64,000 nt of DNA from Lama guanicoe (taxonomy: Eukaryota), in NCBI GenBank assembly GCA_013239625.1, contig MU053934.1:1667031-1731030 (forward strand), given 5' to 3'. Positions 11,600 through 24,399 of the stretch are shown piece by piece. The translations under genes and the position numbers were made by a program. The notes beneath the pieces are model-generated. The model did no database searches. It had not been told where the DNA came from and was given only the letters and a program-made list of their open reading frames with translations. The first letter of the stretch is position 1, and every line of letters starts with the position of its first letter.

Positions 11600-11850
11600 T
11601 AATAGTAATAGTGACATTTTTTATGTTCTCTGCTCCAGCCCAGTGCCACATACTGCATATTCTTTGTCCTATTTGTCTCAACACTCTGCATGGTAAGGTT
11701 TTAATACTCCCCTTTTACAGATAAAGAAACCGAGGTTCAGAGAGAATAAATAACGTGCCCAAGTTCACCTATTTGTAAGTGGCAGAGACCAAAGTTGAGC
11801 CCAGATTGGCTTGAATCTAAGACCCAAGTGTTTAACTACTGTCTTTCACT
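11600..11850 (-). mobile_element. MIR SINE
   Basis: TTTTACAGATAAAGAAACCGAGGTTCAGAGAG...GCCCAAGTTCAC. Confidence 0.8.
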
Positions 11851-12734
11851 GCCTCCACTTTCAAGTGGATTCAGGGTGATGGCTCTGTGGAGCAGAAACA
11901 CAGACTCAGGCAGCCAGGCTGGCTGTGTCGTCTGCCTGAGGCCTGGGTGACAGCGGACAGCGTGGAGAAGTCAGTGCAAGGGCAGTAACGTGGCAGAGGG
12001 ATGGCCTGGGCCAACCAGAGGAGCCAGCGGGGCTGACATGGGGGCCTCCCCTGGATGTGTCCCCCACTTTGCCCTCCACCAGGACCTCAACCAGCTTGAT
12101 CTTCAAGGGTCAGGTTAGGAGTGTGCCTCTCAGGGGCACCTGCATTTTAAGCAAGGAGGCTGAAGAGGGCAATGCTTAACTCAAAGGAAAGACTCCCCCT
12201 TGAAAGCACCGTGTAGCTTCTCTTGGCCTTTGGGATGAAGACCAACTCTTGGGGGTGAAAAGCAGAGGGAAAGAGGCAAGTGGATGAAGACCACAGGGAT
12301 AGTGGTGCCTGGCAGGGAGGCGATGGCTCCTGGGCTTTGACTCTTGGCTGTGGGTCTGGATGGAGGCACAGGCAGGAGGACAGAGGGACAGAAATGATGT
12401 GAGCCTCTACTCTGGAGTCAGCAGATCTAGGTAGAAATCCAGTTTCTGCCACTTACAAGGTGGGTGTTGGTGGTCAAGTCCAGGGTGGTGTCAGAGTTAA
12501 GAGAGGTGGTGCCTGTGAAGTGTCCGGCCCTGTGCCTGGCACATGGAAGGGGCTTAGTCGTTTTTCATCCCTCCCTCTCTTCTCCTAGACCATGTTTCAC
12601 ATGCTAAGTTGGAAAACACCTGGATTGGAATCTTGGTTCTACCATATTATGTATGGAGTACTGGGAAAATCCCATGCTGTGCCTCCAATGATTAAAGACA
12701 AAGCCAGTTACACTCTTAATACCCAACGATTATT

Positions 12735-12800
12735 TTAAGATATATTTTGATTTCAAAGATGTCAAAATGTGAAAATATGGTGTATCTTAGAATTGCTAAG
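12735..12800. mobile_element. TcMar-Tc2 DNA transposon end (MER104/Kanga-like)
   Basis: GATTTCAAAGATGTCAAAATGTGAAAATATGGTGTATCTTAGAATTG resembles the MER104 terminal region. Confidence 0.55.
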
Positions 12801-12809
12801 CTTTCCTAT

Positions 12810-13215
12810 CTGGAACTTTTCCATCCTGAGTGCTTGCTATTCAGGCTTGTGCTCTGTTGCCTCATGGTCTCAAAACGGCTGCCAAATAGCATGTCCTTGC
12901 ACCATCATCCCTATAAGGATGGGTGAGGGCCAGCTCAGCAATGAGTGGGTGGAGTGTGGGAAGGACACAAGATCTTTCCCCCTCAAGACCCTCCCTTACA
13001 TACTATCAGCCAGAAGTGGGTCACATAGCTACTGCTACTGCAAAGCAAGCTGGAAAAAGATCTGTCAAAGGGGAATGAGATAGACATAAATGGCTTAGAG
13101 TAATCATTGTCAGCCCCCGTATTGAGCATCATGGTGTTCCACCCTGAATGGGAGTTTCGTTAGCAAGGTCAAATTAAATGGATGGTTGGGTAGGCAAATC
13201 CCAGACTCAGCCACA
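12810..13215 (-). mobile_element. Old MaLR LTR (MLT1J/K-like)
   Basis: CCTCATGGTCTCAAAACGGCTGCC...CAGCCAGAAGTGGGTCACATAG...GGATGGTTGGGTAGGCAAAT...GCCACA. Confidence 0.7.
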
Positions 13216-13764
13216 GATGGGACCTTACAAAGTCAGCTGGCACCACTTCCCACCAAGCCCTTTGATCTATTTATTTTTTCCAGCAGCCTTAATAAGTGAT
13301 CATCCAGCCTCAACTTAAGCCCCGCTAACAGGGGACTCAACTTCTTGAACCAGCTCTCAACCTTTCTAAATGTGGAATTATTAAAACATTCTTTTTAAAA
13401 CTGAGCCAAATATGCCTCTTTTCATTAGTCCTGGCTTTGCCCCTTGGGGTTCCCTGGGTACAATCAGTTTCCTCTTCCCTGTGAATGCCTTGCAGATTTT
13501 GAAGACAGAGCTTGCCCATCCCCACTGCCCCCTCTGGTCCCTGTGCATCTGTAGCATCTCGAACCCTAATTTTTTTTTTTTCAGATCCTTCCTGGTATTA
13601 TTCTTAAAGGCTTTCACCTTTTGTCATGGGGCTTCCAGTGAAGCAAACCATTTCAGCCATTCTTTCCTGAGAGTTTGCTTTTGCCAAGCATTGTCCTCAA
13701 TCTTAGGGAGATACAGGTGAAAAAGACAGACTGTCCTTGGCTGAGCCCATTGAAAAACCACTAG

Positions 13765-13990
13765 TACATGTACCCTCCTCCAGGAAGCCTTCCCTGGTTT
13801 CTGGATTGGTGTAGGGATCCCTCCTCTGGGCTCACATAGTCTCCAGGCTACATTGCTGTGACACTTAGCACACTCCTGACCTTCCTTTGTCTCCTTCTCT
13901 GGACCATAAGCCCTGAGAGGACAGGAACTGTGTGTTGGTCACTGTGACCATGCCCAGCTTACAGCTGGCACATGGTAGATGCTTGGTGTA
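13765..13990 (+). mobile_element. L2 3' end
   Basis: CCTCCTCCAGGAAGCCTTCCCTG...AAGCCCTGAGAGGACAGGAACTGTG...CTGGCACATGGTAGATGCT. Confidence 0.75.
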
Positions 13991-14189
13991 TGGCTGTGAT
14001 TCCTCCCCAAATGAACAGTTACAGAAGTGGTTCTAAAAGACCCAGAAGGAAGAGAACTTCTTTGCCATTTCTGGAGGTGAGGACAGCGTTAGCCCTGCTT
14101 GGGTTGGCCTCCATGCTCTCTGGCCTTACATCTCCTCTTTGCTCCCCATCTCAACCTGCAGGGTTCTGGTGTGCCTCTGGTCCCCAGAG

Positions 14190-14405
14190 CATCATGACAG
14201 AGGACAAACTGCTGATTTTGCACACGCTTAGAATCCTGGCTCAGCCACTAACTGGCTGGGAGTCCTTGGGCAAGTGACTTATCCTCTCTGAATCTGAGTT
14301 TCCTTTCTTATAAAATGGAAACATTAACAGTTTTCACTGGGTTACTGTGAGGCATGAAGGAATTAATCCTTGCCCAGAACCCGGCACACAGTAGGTGGGT
14401 TGCAA
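14190..14405 (+). mobile_element. MIR SINE
   Basis: CCTTGGGCAAGTGACTTATCCTCTCTGAATCTGAGTTTCC. Confidence 0.8.
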
Positions 14406-15039
14406 ACTTGAGTTCTCGCCTTCCAGCAAATGGGACTCTGCTAGACTTTCGCCTTTGCTTCGAGGCTGTAGGCATTGGGCGGGGGGATAGGGGTGGGGGG
14501 TGTCAGGCTGCGTGGATACTCCATGGTTTTAAAGAAAGTTGGGCTTGGCATCCCCATGTGGCAAGTCCCGGGGGACAGGAAAAAATCTGGGACGTGACCT
14601 GCATGGAGACCAGGGACGCCCATCCCAGGCCACAGGCTTGATTTCCCAGGCCAGCCAGGCAAGTGCAGATTGATCAGCATCCCAAACCATATGCATGACC
14701 AAAGATGAAGCTGACGTCCAGAGAGGTCAGAGGACTTGTCCAAGGTCACATAGCAGCTGGTCCCAGATCTCCAGATTTATGGCCCCTTTTTTTCTTTTCC
14801 TCCTCCTTGCCCAAGATCTCTCCTTGGAGATGACTAGGGCATGAGTTGCTTTTTTATCCCTTCGGTGACACATAGTTGGCCACCTCTAGCCCATCCATCC
14901 CCTCAGCTGCACTGGAGGAAGCCTGGAGAGGCTAAGGAGGCCTATGAGGTGTCCTCTCCCTCTGCAACTTGGCACTTGCCGGTTCCCCTGAGCTGCCAGG
15001 CAGATGGTCAGCTCCTGCACCCTGTCCCAGGGGCTCCCG

Positions 15040-15230
15040 GAGCCCAGCTGCTGAGCTGCCAGATAAAAGGCCAGTTACCCGTCGGCTGCCCTTGCTGGAC
15101 CGGGAGCTCCTCGAGGGCAAGCACGTTATTGTCAATAACACCATCTTGAAAATGGCCACCCCTGTGCTAATTGCTGCGTTCAGTGCTTGAAACAATGCAA
15201 TGACTGTGCCCATTTAATATCGGCGGAAGA
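15040..15230. promoter_or_regulatory. Candidate conserved enhancer block
   Basis: AGATAA (GATA), TTATTGTCAATAA and AACAATG (SOX), AAAATGGCC (YY1), GCTAATTG (homeodomain) in repeat-free sequence. Confidence 0.4.
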
Positions 15231-15319
15231 GAGTTGTGGCTTAGGTAACCTGCCCAGGGTCACACGGCTAGAGGAGATAAGAATGAAAACTTAGCTACGT
15301 GGCTGGTGCCCTCTGATAA

Positions 15320-15560
15320 TGAGTAACCTTTTCAGCATTCTAATTATGTACCAGACACAATTCTAAACACTTACTATGTTCTAACTTGTTTCCTTGGCAC
15401 AACGACCCTATGTGGTAGGCACTGCTACTGCCCCATCTCCCAGATGAGAAGACTGAGGCAGAGGGAGGTTACATTTCTTGACTAAGGTCACATAGACAGT
15501 AAGTGACAAATGCAGGATTTAAACCCAGTGGAGCTGGCTCTTGAGAATGGTTCTTATCCA
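15320..15560 (-). mobile_element. MIR SINE
   Basis: CAGATGAGAAGACTGAGGCAGAGGGAGGTTAC...AAGGTCACATAG. Confidence 0.8.
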
Positions 15561-16874
15561 GGATGCACGCCATGAGCATCCCTCAGTGAGGCTGAGACTG
15601 ATGGTGGACCAGAGGGCATGGGGCTCGGTGGGGAGAGCATGTGTCTGGCCAGGGGTCACAGCGAGGAAGGCGGTGTGAAGGGTGAGGCAGGATGAGTCCT
15701 GGGGTGGGACAGAGCACCACCCTCAGCACATGGCAACATCCTGCCCTCATATGGTCCTGCCTGGGCTCCTGAAAGTAAAGGTATTGGGTGAGAAGGAAGC
15801 AGAAGAATCTTCCTTTCTACCCAGCACAGGTCCAACTCTAGATTTGCCTTCCCTTTGTGCTTTTCAAGAACCAGAGTGATGAAGTTCATGGCAGAGGGTG
15901 GGATGGCTCTGACTGCTTCCCCAGACATCCTCTTCCTGACCTCTGGCTGCCTGTGCCCAGCGGTGTGTGGGGAGTGAAAGGGAAAGTGTAGGTTTGGGAA
16001 TCAGAAACTGGGTCTTCATCGGCTCTCCCGGTCCTGGCTGGGGCACGAGAGCGGGTTAGAAGCATGGGCTCTGGAGTCTTGACTCGCTTTCACGCTACCA
16101 GCTCTGCTACCTGGGCAAGTGGACCTCCTAGGGAGGAGGACCCTGCAGGGGGATTTGAGCTGGCTGGGTAAAGATGCGGTGGAGGCAGGGTTGAGGGAAG
16201 GAGGTAAGGCTGATGAGTCCTGTGGGAGGTGGGGCTGAGTGTGGGGGGAGGGGCAGGAGCAGGAGCAGAACTTGAAAACTTGGATGCCAAGATGGGGGCA
16301 TCTGACCTTGTCCTATGGGCAGTGGGAGCCACTGCAAGGTTCTGTGAAGAGGAGAAGCTGGTCAGATTAGCATCTAATCACCATAAACTGTGCCCTGTGA
16401 CATTGAACAAGTGTCTCCTCTCCTCTGTCAAACGAGGCAGCTGGTCTTGTTGGTCCTAGGGTCCCATCTAGCTTCTGTGTCTGGTTCAGAGGCAGAGCCT
16501 GGGTATCAAGTCAGCAGAACCAATCACTTCAGGAGGGATCTCATGGACATGGGAAGGACTGGGTCCCCAGAGGACTCCCAACACAAGTGCCACAGGGCAA
16601 GAGAGTCCTCCATCTGCGCTAAGGAGGTCCGGACCTCACCTTGACCTGCCTCCTTCATTCCCAGCCACCCTTTGGCCAATGCGGTCCTTCAGCCCCAGGA
16701 TTCTTCCTGAGTCCTTATTGTGTGCAGGGGCTGGGTAGCAGGGCAGAGGAGCTTGAGGGAAGGGGCAAAACTGCTCTGCAGAAGGAAGACCGTGGGTTGG
16801 CTGTTAGCACTGGGAAAGGGGTGGAGTGGAGAGGGCGAAGAGAGGAGAGAGCGTGCTGGGGAGCTGGGGGGCAT

Positions 16875-17165
16875 TTTTAAAAAAATTAATGAAAATATTT
16901 GTTCGACCCCAATTACTCCTTTTCCCCCCTCCTTTCAACATGTCAGTAATTCTGTGGACATACCTAATTGAAAATAAGAGAAAAGCCATATGCACAGCAC
17001 AAAGATAAAGAACACGAATCAAGACGCATTCATTAGCATGGCGTGGTTCAGTACTTAGCATGGAGAATGGTTTCAAACCCTTGAAGATATCCAAGGGGCT
17101 TGACAATGGAGCCTGATTCTGTAAACAAGTGGAAGAAAGCAGTGCGTTTAGCTTTCCTATTGTGT
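16875..17165. promoter_or_regulatory. Candidate conserved enhancer block (AT-rich, homeodomain/POU/SOX/FOX motifs)
   Basis: Abrupt AT-rich island with several TAAT/ATTA cores, ATTAGCAT, GACAATGG, TGTAAACA and AGATAA. Confidence 0.4.
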
Positions 17166-17341
17166 TGATCCATGAGCCCTGTAAACCACTGTGAAATCCT
17201 TCTCAGCCTCCTTAGATTTCAAACATCCCAATAGGTATTGCATTATTATTATGATTATTTGAGCAAGGATTTTTTTTTCTTTGATTACCAACCGTGTATT
17301 CCACAGGTATCTCAAAAAGATGCATTCAAAATTTTGTTATT

Positions 17342-17496
17342 TAAAAAAATTTTTTTTCAATTTTTTTGGGAGGGGAGGTAATTAGATTTTATTAGATATT
17401 TATTTATTTATTTTGATGGAGGTAGTGAGGATTGAACCCAGGGCCTTGTGCCTGCTAAGCATGCACTCTTTACCACTGAGCTGTACCCTCCCCTCT
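17342..17496 (-). mobile_element. Vic-1-type tRNA-Ala-derived camelid SINE
   Basis: Reverse complement GAGGGTACAGCTCAGTGGTAAAGAGTGCATGCTTAGC...GGTTCAATCC...CTCCA plus A-rich tail; TSD AAA(T/C)TTTGTTATT at 17329-17341 and 17497-17509. Confidence 0.9.
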
Positions 17497-20400
17497 AAAC
17501 TTTGTTATTATTTGATGTTTTCTTAAGGCAATCACCAAACAGTATAATAAGCCCTCACGCGCCCACCACCCAGCTCTGCCAGGCTGGTTTCACCTGTTCC
17601 CCGCTCCGTTCCTTCCCCCTGGGTATTAATATCACTTCTCTCATACATAGGAAGGCATTGGAGCACGGAGCGACGTCTCCCTGGAACCTTCAGTGTGGAT
17701 GGAGGGAGGCGGGTCTGGAAGAAACAGCAGAGTTTCAGGTGTCGGGTGATGCTGTCCTGAAAACGAGGCACCCAGGAAGCAGGGTGAAAACGTGAGCCCC
17801 TCAGGGACCCCCTGAAATAATGGGGAGCCCTGGCACTTCCTCTGGGCGTGGAAGTGGGAGTAGTGGGGAGGAGGGCCAGGCTACTGTGTCAAGGTTCTTA
17901 TATGACATTTAGCTGGTGAACCCCCTGGGCTGTCAGAGCTGGAGGACCCCTGAGACACCACCCAGCGTTCCCCGCGCTGGACGGAGGAGGAAACCGAGAC
18001 CCAGGGGGGAATGGTCTTGCTCAAGGCCGTGCATCGAATCAGTCAGAGTCTGGATAAGAACCCGGGGGCCTGGCTCTTTCCTGCTGCTTGTTCATGCAGC
18101 GTTTATGGAGCCCCTGCTGTATACACAGTACTGTCAAGGGCCCCGTGGGTCCCAGGGCTTTTCTGAGCATTGCATAGGGGCAGGGACATTGGCACCCTAA
18201 GGAGGATGAGGGGTTTCTTGGTGCAGCATCCTCAGCTGCCTGTCCACCTGGGAGGGGCGTGGGGACCCCAAGACCTCCTCCCTGACCCCAGGTATCCTCA
18301 GGAGCACCCGCAGTCCAGCTTAGGGATTCTCAGGAGGGGGTTTCCACTGACCCGCAGGTGCTGGCCACCAAACCCCTCCTGCTCACACAGACACACGCCC
18401 TGTGTTGCTTTCTCCTTAAATTCTCTTTCCCCTCTTCTCTCCTCTTCTTTTCATCAATCCACACTCATCTCCCTAAGCCTCCTCTCTCCACTTCCCTCCT
18501 CCTTCTCTCATAAATTCTCTCCCCTGGGGCGTTTTGCCAAGGGGTTGAATAAACAGGAAGGGAGAGAGGGAATAAATCACAGCGGAGTCTCCGGACAGGC
18601 TCTGGGAAGGTTTCCGCCTCTGGAGACCGTCAAGGAGGAGCCGGGCGGCCTTTGCTTGGGAACCGCAGTCCAAGTCTGGAGGGTGTGGAGGGCTGTGGGG
18701 AGGGGGCTGGTGAGCAGTGGGGGGACTGTGCCATCTGGGGTCAGCCTCAGGCTGGTGATCAACCACACGACCCTGAGCGTGAGGTGGGGAGAGAGCCCTG
18801 GATGGGAGTCTGCTTCTGCTGTGTGACCCTGGGCAAATCTCATTCCTTCTCTGAGCCTCAGTCACCCCAGCTGTAAAAAGAGGGGCTGGATTAGATGGCT
18901 GGGAGGGGTCCTTCCAGCTCTGGTGCCGTAAGGTTCTGAGGCTCCATCTTTCATACAACATGGGGACTCTGGAGGGCGGGGCCTGAGCTGCCATAACGGT
19001 GGAGACCACGTAGACCCAGAGGACCTCAGCCAGAGATCCCAGCTGCCCCTGGACATCCTTTGAGGGAGTGAGGGTAGGAAGTGGCAGCCTCCATTGGAGG
19101 TCCTCAGCCCAGACCCGGCTCCAGCTGAAGCCTCTACCTCATGGCCTCCTTGGACCCTCCAGGTGAGCAGGGACACTGAGGCCCAAGGCTGGGAACAGAA
19201 GTTTTGGCTTCCGGTTAGCAACAGGAGCTGACAACATCACCCCTCTTTCAAGACAGGCCGGGGACTTTGGGAAAACAGCCACAAATATGTGTGGGTGGTG
19301 GAGGAAGAGGAAGAGTGAGAAGATGGGAAGGAAAAGAGAGAGACAGCAGTGAGGTCTCGGGGAGGCCCGGATCCCCGGGGCGTGGAGAGCGCATGCATGC
19401 ATTCCTGCCAGTATCAGTAGCCCAGCATCAGAGAATGAGTGTGCATACACACTCCGCATCTGCTTGCGATTTAATCTGTGTGTCCCTGGGGGGAGTGGTG
19501 TGAGTCTCTGTGTATGGCTGTTTGGGGGCAGCTCAATGCCTTGAAGGTGCATCTCTTGTCTTTACAACCATCAACGCTCCGTGAGCTCAGTGACAGACAG
19601 AACGCTGGCTTGGAATTTAGGAGACATCCCCCTGCCCTCGCACCCCACCCCCCGCCCTGTTCCAGCCTCTCTGGGTGGCCTTGGGCAAGCTCCTGCCCGT
19701 CTCTGACTTGAGATGCCTCAGTGGCAGATAAGAACAGCAGACTGTTCTGAGCACTTACAGGTTGGAGTTATCACGAAGGTTCTGTTATCAACTCCGTGTT
19801 GCAGGAAGTGGAAGAACTGAGATTCCAACCCAGGCAGCCTGGCTGGAAGGACAAGTTCTTAACCATGACAGGCCCTGGAATCTTGCAGGCGGGGGAGGAG
19901 GGTCTGACCATGTCGGGATGTGACCCAGGCTCTTGCAGGTTCCAGGGCAGCCCTGTAGCCCTCGCCCTCCCCTGGCTGAGAATCGCGGCTGCCCTCAGCC
20001 AGGGTGGCTGGCTGGGGTCTTTCTCTCCTTGGGGTATCGGGCAGGTCTGTGCTCTCTAAGGGTTCCTGGTGTTCCAGGATGCTAAGACTTGGTGTCTGAA
20101 ACATACAGTCCAGAGCAATAAATGTCACAGAAGGAGGAATGTGACCGGGCTGCAGAAGGAAGAGACCAAGACATTCCATCTCCCCCCACCCTCAACATGG
20201 GTCTTGAGACCCGATTCATCCCGGGGCCATCAGATACGCTGTCCTCTGATCCCACAGGCCACCAGCTGCTAACTCAGCTCTGGGCAGTTGTGGAATCTCT
20301 GATCCCCGCAAAGCTGGAGGGCTGGTCATGATGTGAGGGATTTTCAGTATTGTTTTTCAAGATAGGGAACATGTCCTCTTTCCATCCTCCTCTCCTGTCC

Positions 20401-20899
20401 CTGGACAGCCTGATTCAGCCAAAGGAGGGGGAGGGGAGGAGTCAGAGGACAGCTGGGGCCGGGAAGAGAAGTACAGTGTGGTGACATTAATAGGGAGACA
20501 GGATCGCCTGGCTTTGCCATTTCCAGACATCGGCATGGTCATAAAAGTGAGCAAACCCAGGCCTCGTTTTGGTCCCCCGTGGCCCCAGCCCTGCTGGCTG
20601 CATGAAGCCAGGGGTGCAGACTGAGGGGAGGGGGTCGGCCACTTTCCTGAAGCAAATTGTCAGGCTGCTGCTCCCTGGGAGACAGCACAGAGCCTGGAAG
20701 GGCTTGCTGGGTGCTAACATCCCTGGAGAAAGAGGCTGTCGGCCACTGTGCCAGGCATGAGGGTAGAGAAGAGGCAGACATGATCGCAACCTATATTATA
20801 GTCTAGAGGTAGGAACGGCAAACAGGCAGAGGACTGAAACAAGGAGTCCAGGGCAGAGATGGCCCAGGGCAATTCAGAGCCCAGGAGAGGCTGGGGGAG

Positions 20900-21385
20900 G
20901 ATCTGGGAAGCCCACCCCACGCCTCACAAGGCAGCTGGAGGGAGCATGTTAAAGCAGAAATCAGACGTTGTCATTTCCTGGCTTAAATTTTCTCACTGGT
21001 GCCCCTTCAGATGGAACCCAAGCTCCTTATCTCACCCCACAACTTGGCTCGCCTGCTCTTCATCCCCCAAACACACTGAGCTATTTCCCACTAGGGTGGG
21101 TCCACTGCCTGGAAATCTCCCACCCTGGAAATCTCCCCGCCCTGCACTGAGCACTCATCCAGGGCTCTGCTTAAATGTCACCTCCTCTGAAAGGCCTTCC
21201 TTGACTACTCTGCCCAAAGGGGTCACACTGACATTCTCCATGTTAGCACCCCATCGTTCAAGGTATAAAATTCATCACAATTGATCATCAGATCAATCAT
21301 CTATTTGGCTATTTTTGTCTCTCTCCCACTATACTGTTACCTAAAACAGAGCGGGGCCATATGAGTGTTCAATAAATATTTGTTG
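20900..21385 (+). mobile_element. L2 3' region
   Basis: CTCTGCTTAAATGTCACCTCCTCTGAAAGGCCTTCCTTGAC...GTGTTCAATAAATATTTGTTGA. Confidence 0.8.
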
Positions 21386-21474
21386 ACAGTCACCATCTAA
21401 TGAAAGATTGTATGAAGCAGGGATAATGACCCATATGGCTTTGGAAGGCTGAGTTGGAACTGGGAAGAAGAAGA

Positions 21475-22380
21475 AAGGACATGTTTAGCTGCAATAAAGG
21501 AAAACCCAGCTATCAGTAGCGTAACTCACAGGACATCTATTGCTTCCTTGGTGAGATGTCTGAATGTAAGTTGTCCTAAGATTGATTCTGCAGTGTAACG
21601 ATGCCGCCTGGCACCCTAGTTCTTTCTATCTGTCTTAGTCATTCAGGCTGCTATCAAAGCCCTGTAGACCTGGTGGCTTATGAACAGCAGTCCAGAGGCT
21701 GGAAGTTCAAGTTCAGGGTGCCAGCATGGTCTGGTTTGGGGTGGCAGTCTGACAATTTCTCCTTGTATTCTTATATGACAGAAAGAGAGCGAGAGATTCC
21801 TTTGGTCCCTTTTGTAAGGGATCATGAATTTTCTAATTGAACTCATGGGGGCTCAACCCACATAACCTTAATACCTCCCAAAGTCCCCACCTCCTAATAC
21901 CATCACAGTAGGGGGTTAGGATGTCAACATCTGAAATTTGTGGGCACACAAACATTCAGGCCATTGCACTGTCTTCCACTCTAGCACCCTCAGCAAGTTG
22001 GTACTTGTCCTTAGGCTTGAATTCTCATGGTCACAAAATGACTGCCACAGCTCCAGGCATCACATCCTCACATGACAGTGTTCAGAATAGGGAGGGAGAG
22101 ACAAGTCTTCTCCTCACGTGGCTTTCTCTCCCATCAGAGAGGAAAATCTTTACCTTGAAGCATCCTGCCACTCGCCACAACCTCCAGCGATTCCTCTTTA
22201 TATTATACGACTCTGAACAGGACCACGTGTCCACTCAAGACCAACGCGCAGTAAAGGGCAGAGACTGCCATGATAGCCTTAAGCCAACTGGGATTCATCT
22301 CCCAGTTATCTCCTGGGCTGCATGCAGTTCAACCCGAGAGGATTCTGTTAGTGGGGAAGAGGGCAACCACAGCAGTACTT
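21475..22380 (-). mobile_element. Old MaLR LTR (MLT1K-like) interrupted by a nested MLT1A
   Basis: CTCATGGTCACAAAATGACTGCCACAGCTCCAGGCATCACATCCTCAC; 5' part 21475-21630 resumes after 21968. Confidence 0.7.
21631..21968 (-). mobile_element. Full-length MLT1A-type solo LTR (nested)
   Basis: TG...CA termini (TGTCTTAGTC ... CATTCAGGCCATTGCA); near-perfect 5-bp TSD CTATC/CTGTC. Confidence 0.88.
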
Positions 22381-23326
22381 TGTCTCTTGGGAGCCTCCTA
22401 ATGCCCTGTGGGGAGAAAAGGGCAGGAATTTTTATTTTTTTGGTCGTTTGGGAAAGCAAAGCTCAAAGAGGCTCAGAAATGTGTTCGACATCACACAGAA
22501 AACTAGAAGGAAATAGAACTTAGCCCCCATCTCTCATCCCAGAACCTGGGGTACACCCAGGCTGCCTGGGATGCCCCGCTGAGTCTCTTCTCGCCCTCAG
22601 GGCTGTTGCTTGTTTAACTGGCATCCTTCCCACTAGACTGTAAACTCCCCTCCTGCAGGGACCTTAGGTCTTCCCGCCAGTCTGTCCCGGCACCTGGAAC
22701 AGAGCCTGTTGAACGGATGAACTTCAGTGTATAGAACGAATAGAGGGCACACCACCCGCTGCTTGACAGTCCTGCCAGGAAGCGCTGAGCATGGGCCTTT
22801 AGCCGATGGAGATGGACGGCACTGATGACAGATGTTACTTGTGTAAACTCACCCCATGGAAGAGAGTAAGCAAAAATAGAAGGCACGGCCAGTTCTCATG
22901 ACGGGTAGATGTTCCGAAGAAGTCTCTAGCTCTCAATCAGAGCTGTTTGAAAGTGGAACTGGCCGCCTTGTCAGGGAGCCACCTCTGCTTTGGGAGGCGA
23001 TAAGTATGTCTTGGGTGGCATACGATGGGGTGTGAGCCAGAATCGAAGACCACTTGAAGACTGTGCTTCTGAGGTATGTTGGCTTCAGAGCACGTCATAA
23101 CAGCATCCGCAGAATTCTCGGGACAGCCCTGCTTTGATTTTGCAGGGTGGGGGAGGAGGTACTGAAAAACAGAAAGGTTAAGTAACTCGCCCCACATCAC
23201 ACAGCTAATCTGTGGTGAAGGCAGGATTAGAATGTAGGCATTCCAGGCCCTTTCTTTCTCTCAGCCATTAAGCCAACTGCCTCCTAATGTCCTTAGGTGA
23301 TCAAAGGTTCTGTGATTCTAAGACAT

Positions 23327-23380
23327 TTTTAAAAATTGACGTATAGTTGGTTACAATGTTGTGTTCGTTTCTGGTGTAGA
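23327..23380 (-). mobile_element. Very short L1 3' terminus
   Basis: TTTTTAAAAATTGACGTATAGTTGGTTACAATGTTGTGTTCGTTTCTGGTGTA; same family as 11284. Confidence 0.7.
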
Positions 23381-24399
23381 ATCTTGACTCTAGCACTGTA
23401 AGAGTGTATTTCTCTAAGATTCTGCAACTTGGAGCTAACTTTGGAATTCTAAATAGTCTCTGTTCTGTGCGATTCTGACCGCCTCTGATGCTGTCCCGTT
23501 GTTTGGAGGGCCAGCGTGCTCCTTCGCATGATCTGTCTTTAAGCTTGGTTTAATTACAAATGATTGCCTTGTTTTGATTTGTTACTTTATATGGAAAAAA
23601 AAAACAAAAACCCAAACCCCAGCAGCCGCTGGCCCTGTCACTCTGCTCCCAGGCCCAGCCCTCCAGCCTGGAACCCTCTGTAGCCAGTGCGGCCTCAGCT
23701 GGGGGCCGGGGCGGAGGCCTCCTTCGTGGCCGCCTAGCCGGGCAGGGACGGATGTGGGGTGGTGCTCTGTGGGTGAGCAAGGGGGTGGGAGGGGAGAGGC
23801 CCAGAATAAGCAGGAGGAGAGGAGAGATGGTGGGTGTGCTGGCCGGCAGCGGCCTCTTCCCTGGGTCCACTCCAGGCAGACCCCACGCAGGAGTCCCCGA
23901 GTTGTGAAGCAGCGGTGGGTCCCCGGTGAGAAGCCTCTTTCACACGCCTCCCAGGCAGCAGATGGAGGAGAACAGACTGATGGGGGGCCCTCTATGAGCC
24001 AGCACTGGGCTTGGTCCTCTGCATCGAGCAATGACTTTAATCAGCGGCCCTGTTTCCTGGGCAGCAGTGTCCCGCCCGTGGGCTCAGTCCCCCCCCATCC
24101 GCCTTCTGGGCATCACTCTCTGGCTCCCGCAGCATCAGTCTCTCCCTGTCTGTGGGATGGTTCCCAGGAGCACACAGAGGAGAGCTGATCTCCCCCAGTG
24201 AGAGACGGAGAAACTCCTTGCCCTCGGGCTCCTCCAGAGACTGTCCAATTTTTCCTCTTTCTTCCCAGCAAAACTGCCCACCGCTTCCTTACCTCTTTCT
24301 CTCTTCAGCATGTGCCAGTCTGGCTAACAGGTTTTGGTCAGTGGTGACCTCCCGCTGTCGAATTCTGGTGGTGCCTGTTACGACAGGATGGCATGGTGA

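Noticed and set aside
18170..19009. Overlapping 218-aa and 178-aa ORFs
   Set aside because: They cross a pyrimidine low-complexity tract and a MIR and show no recognisable homology.
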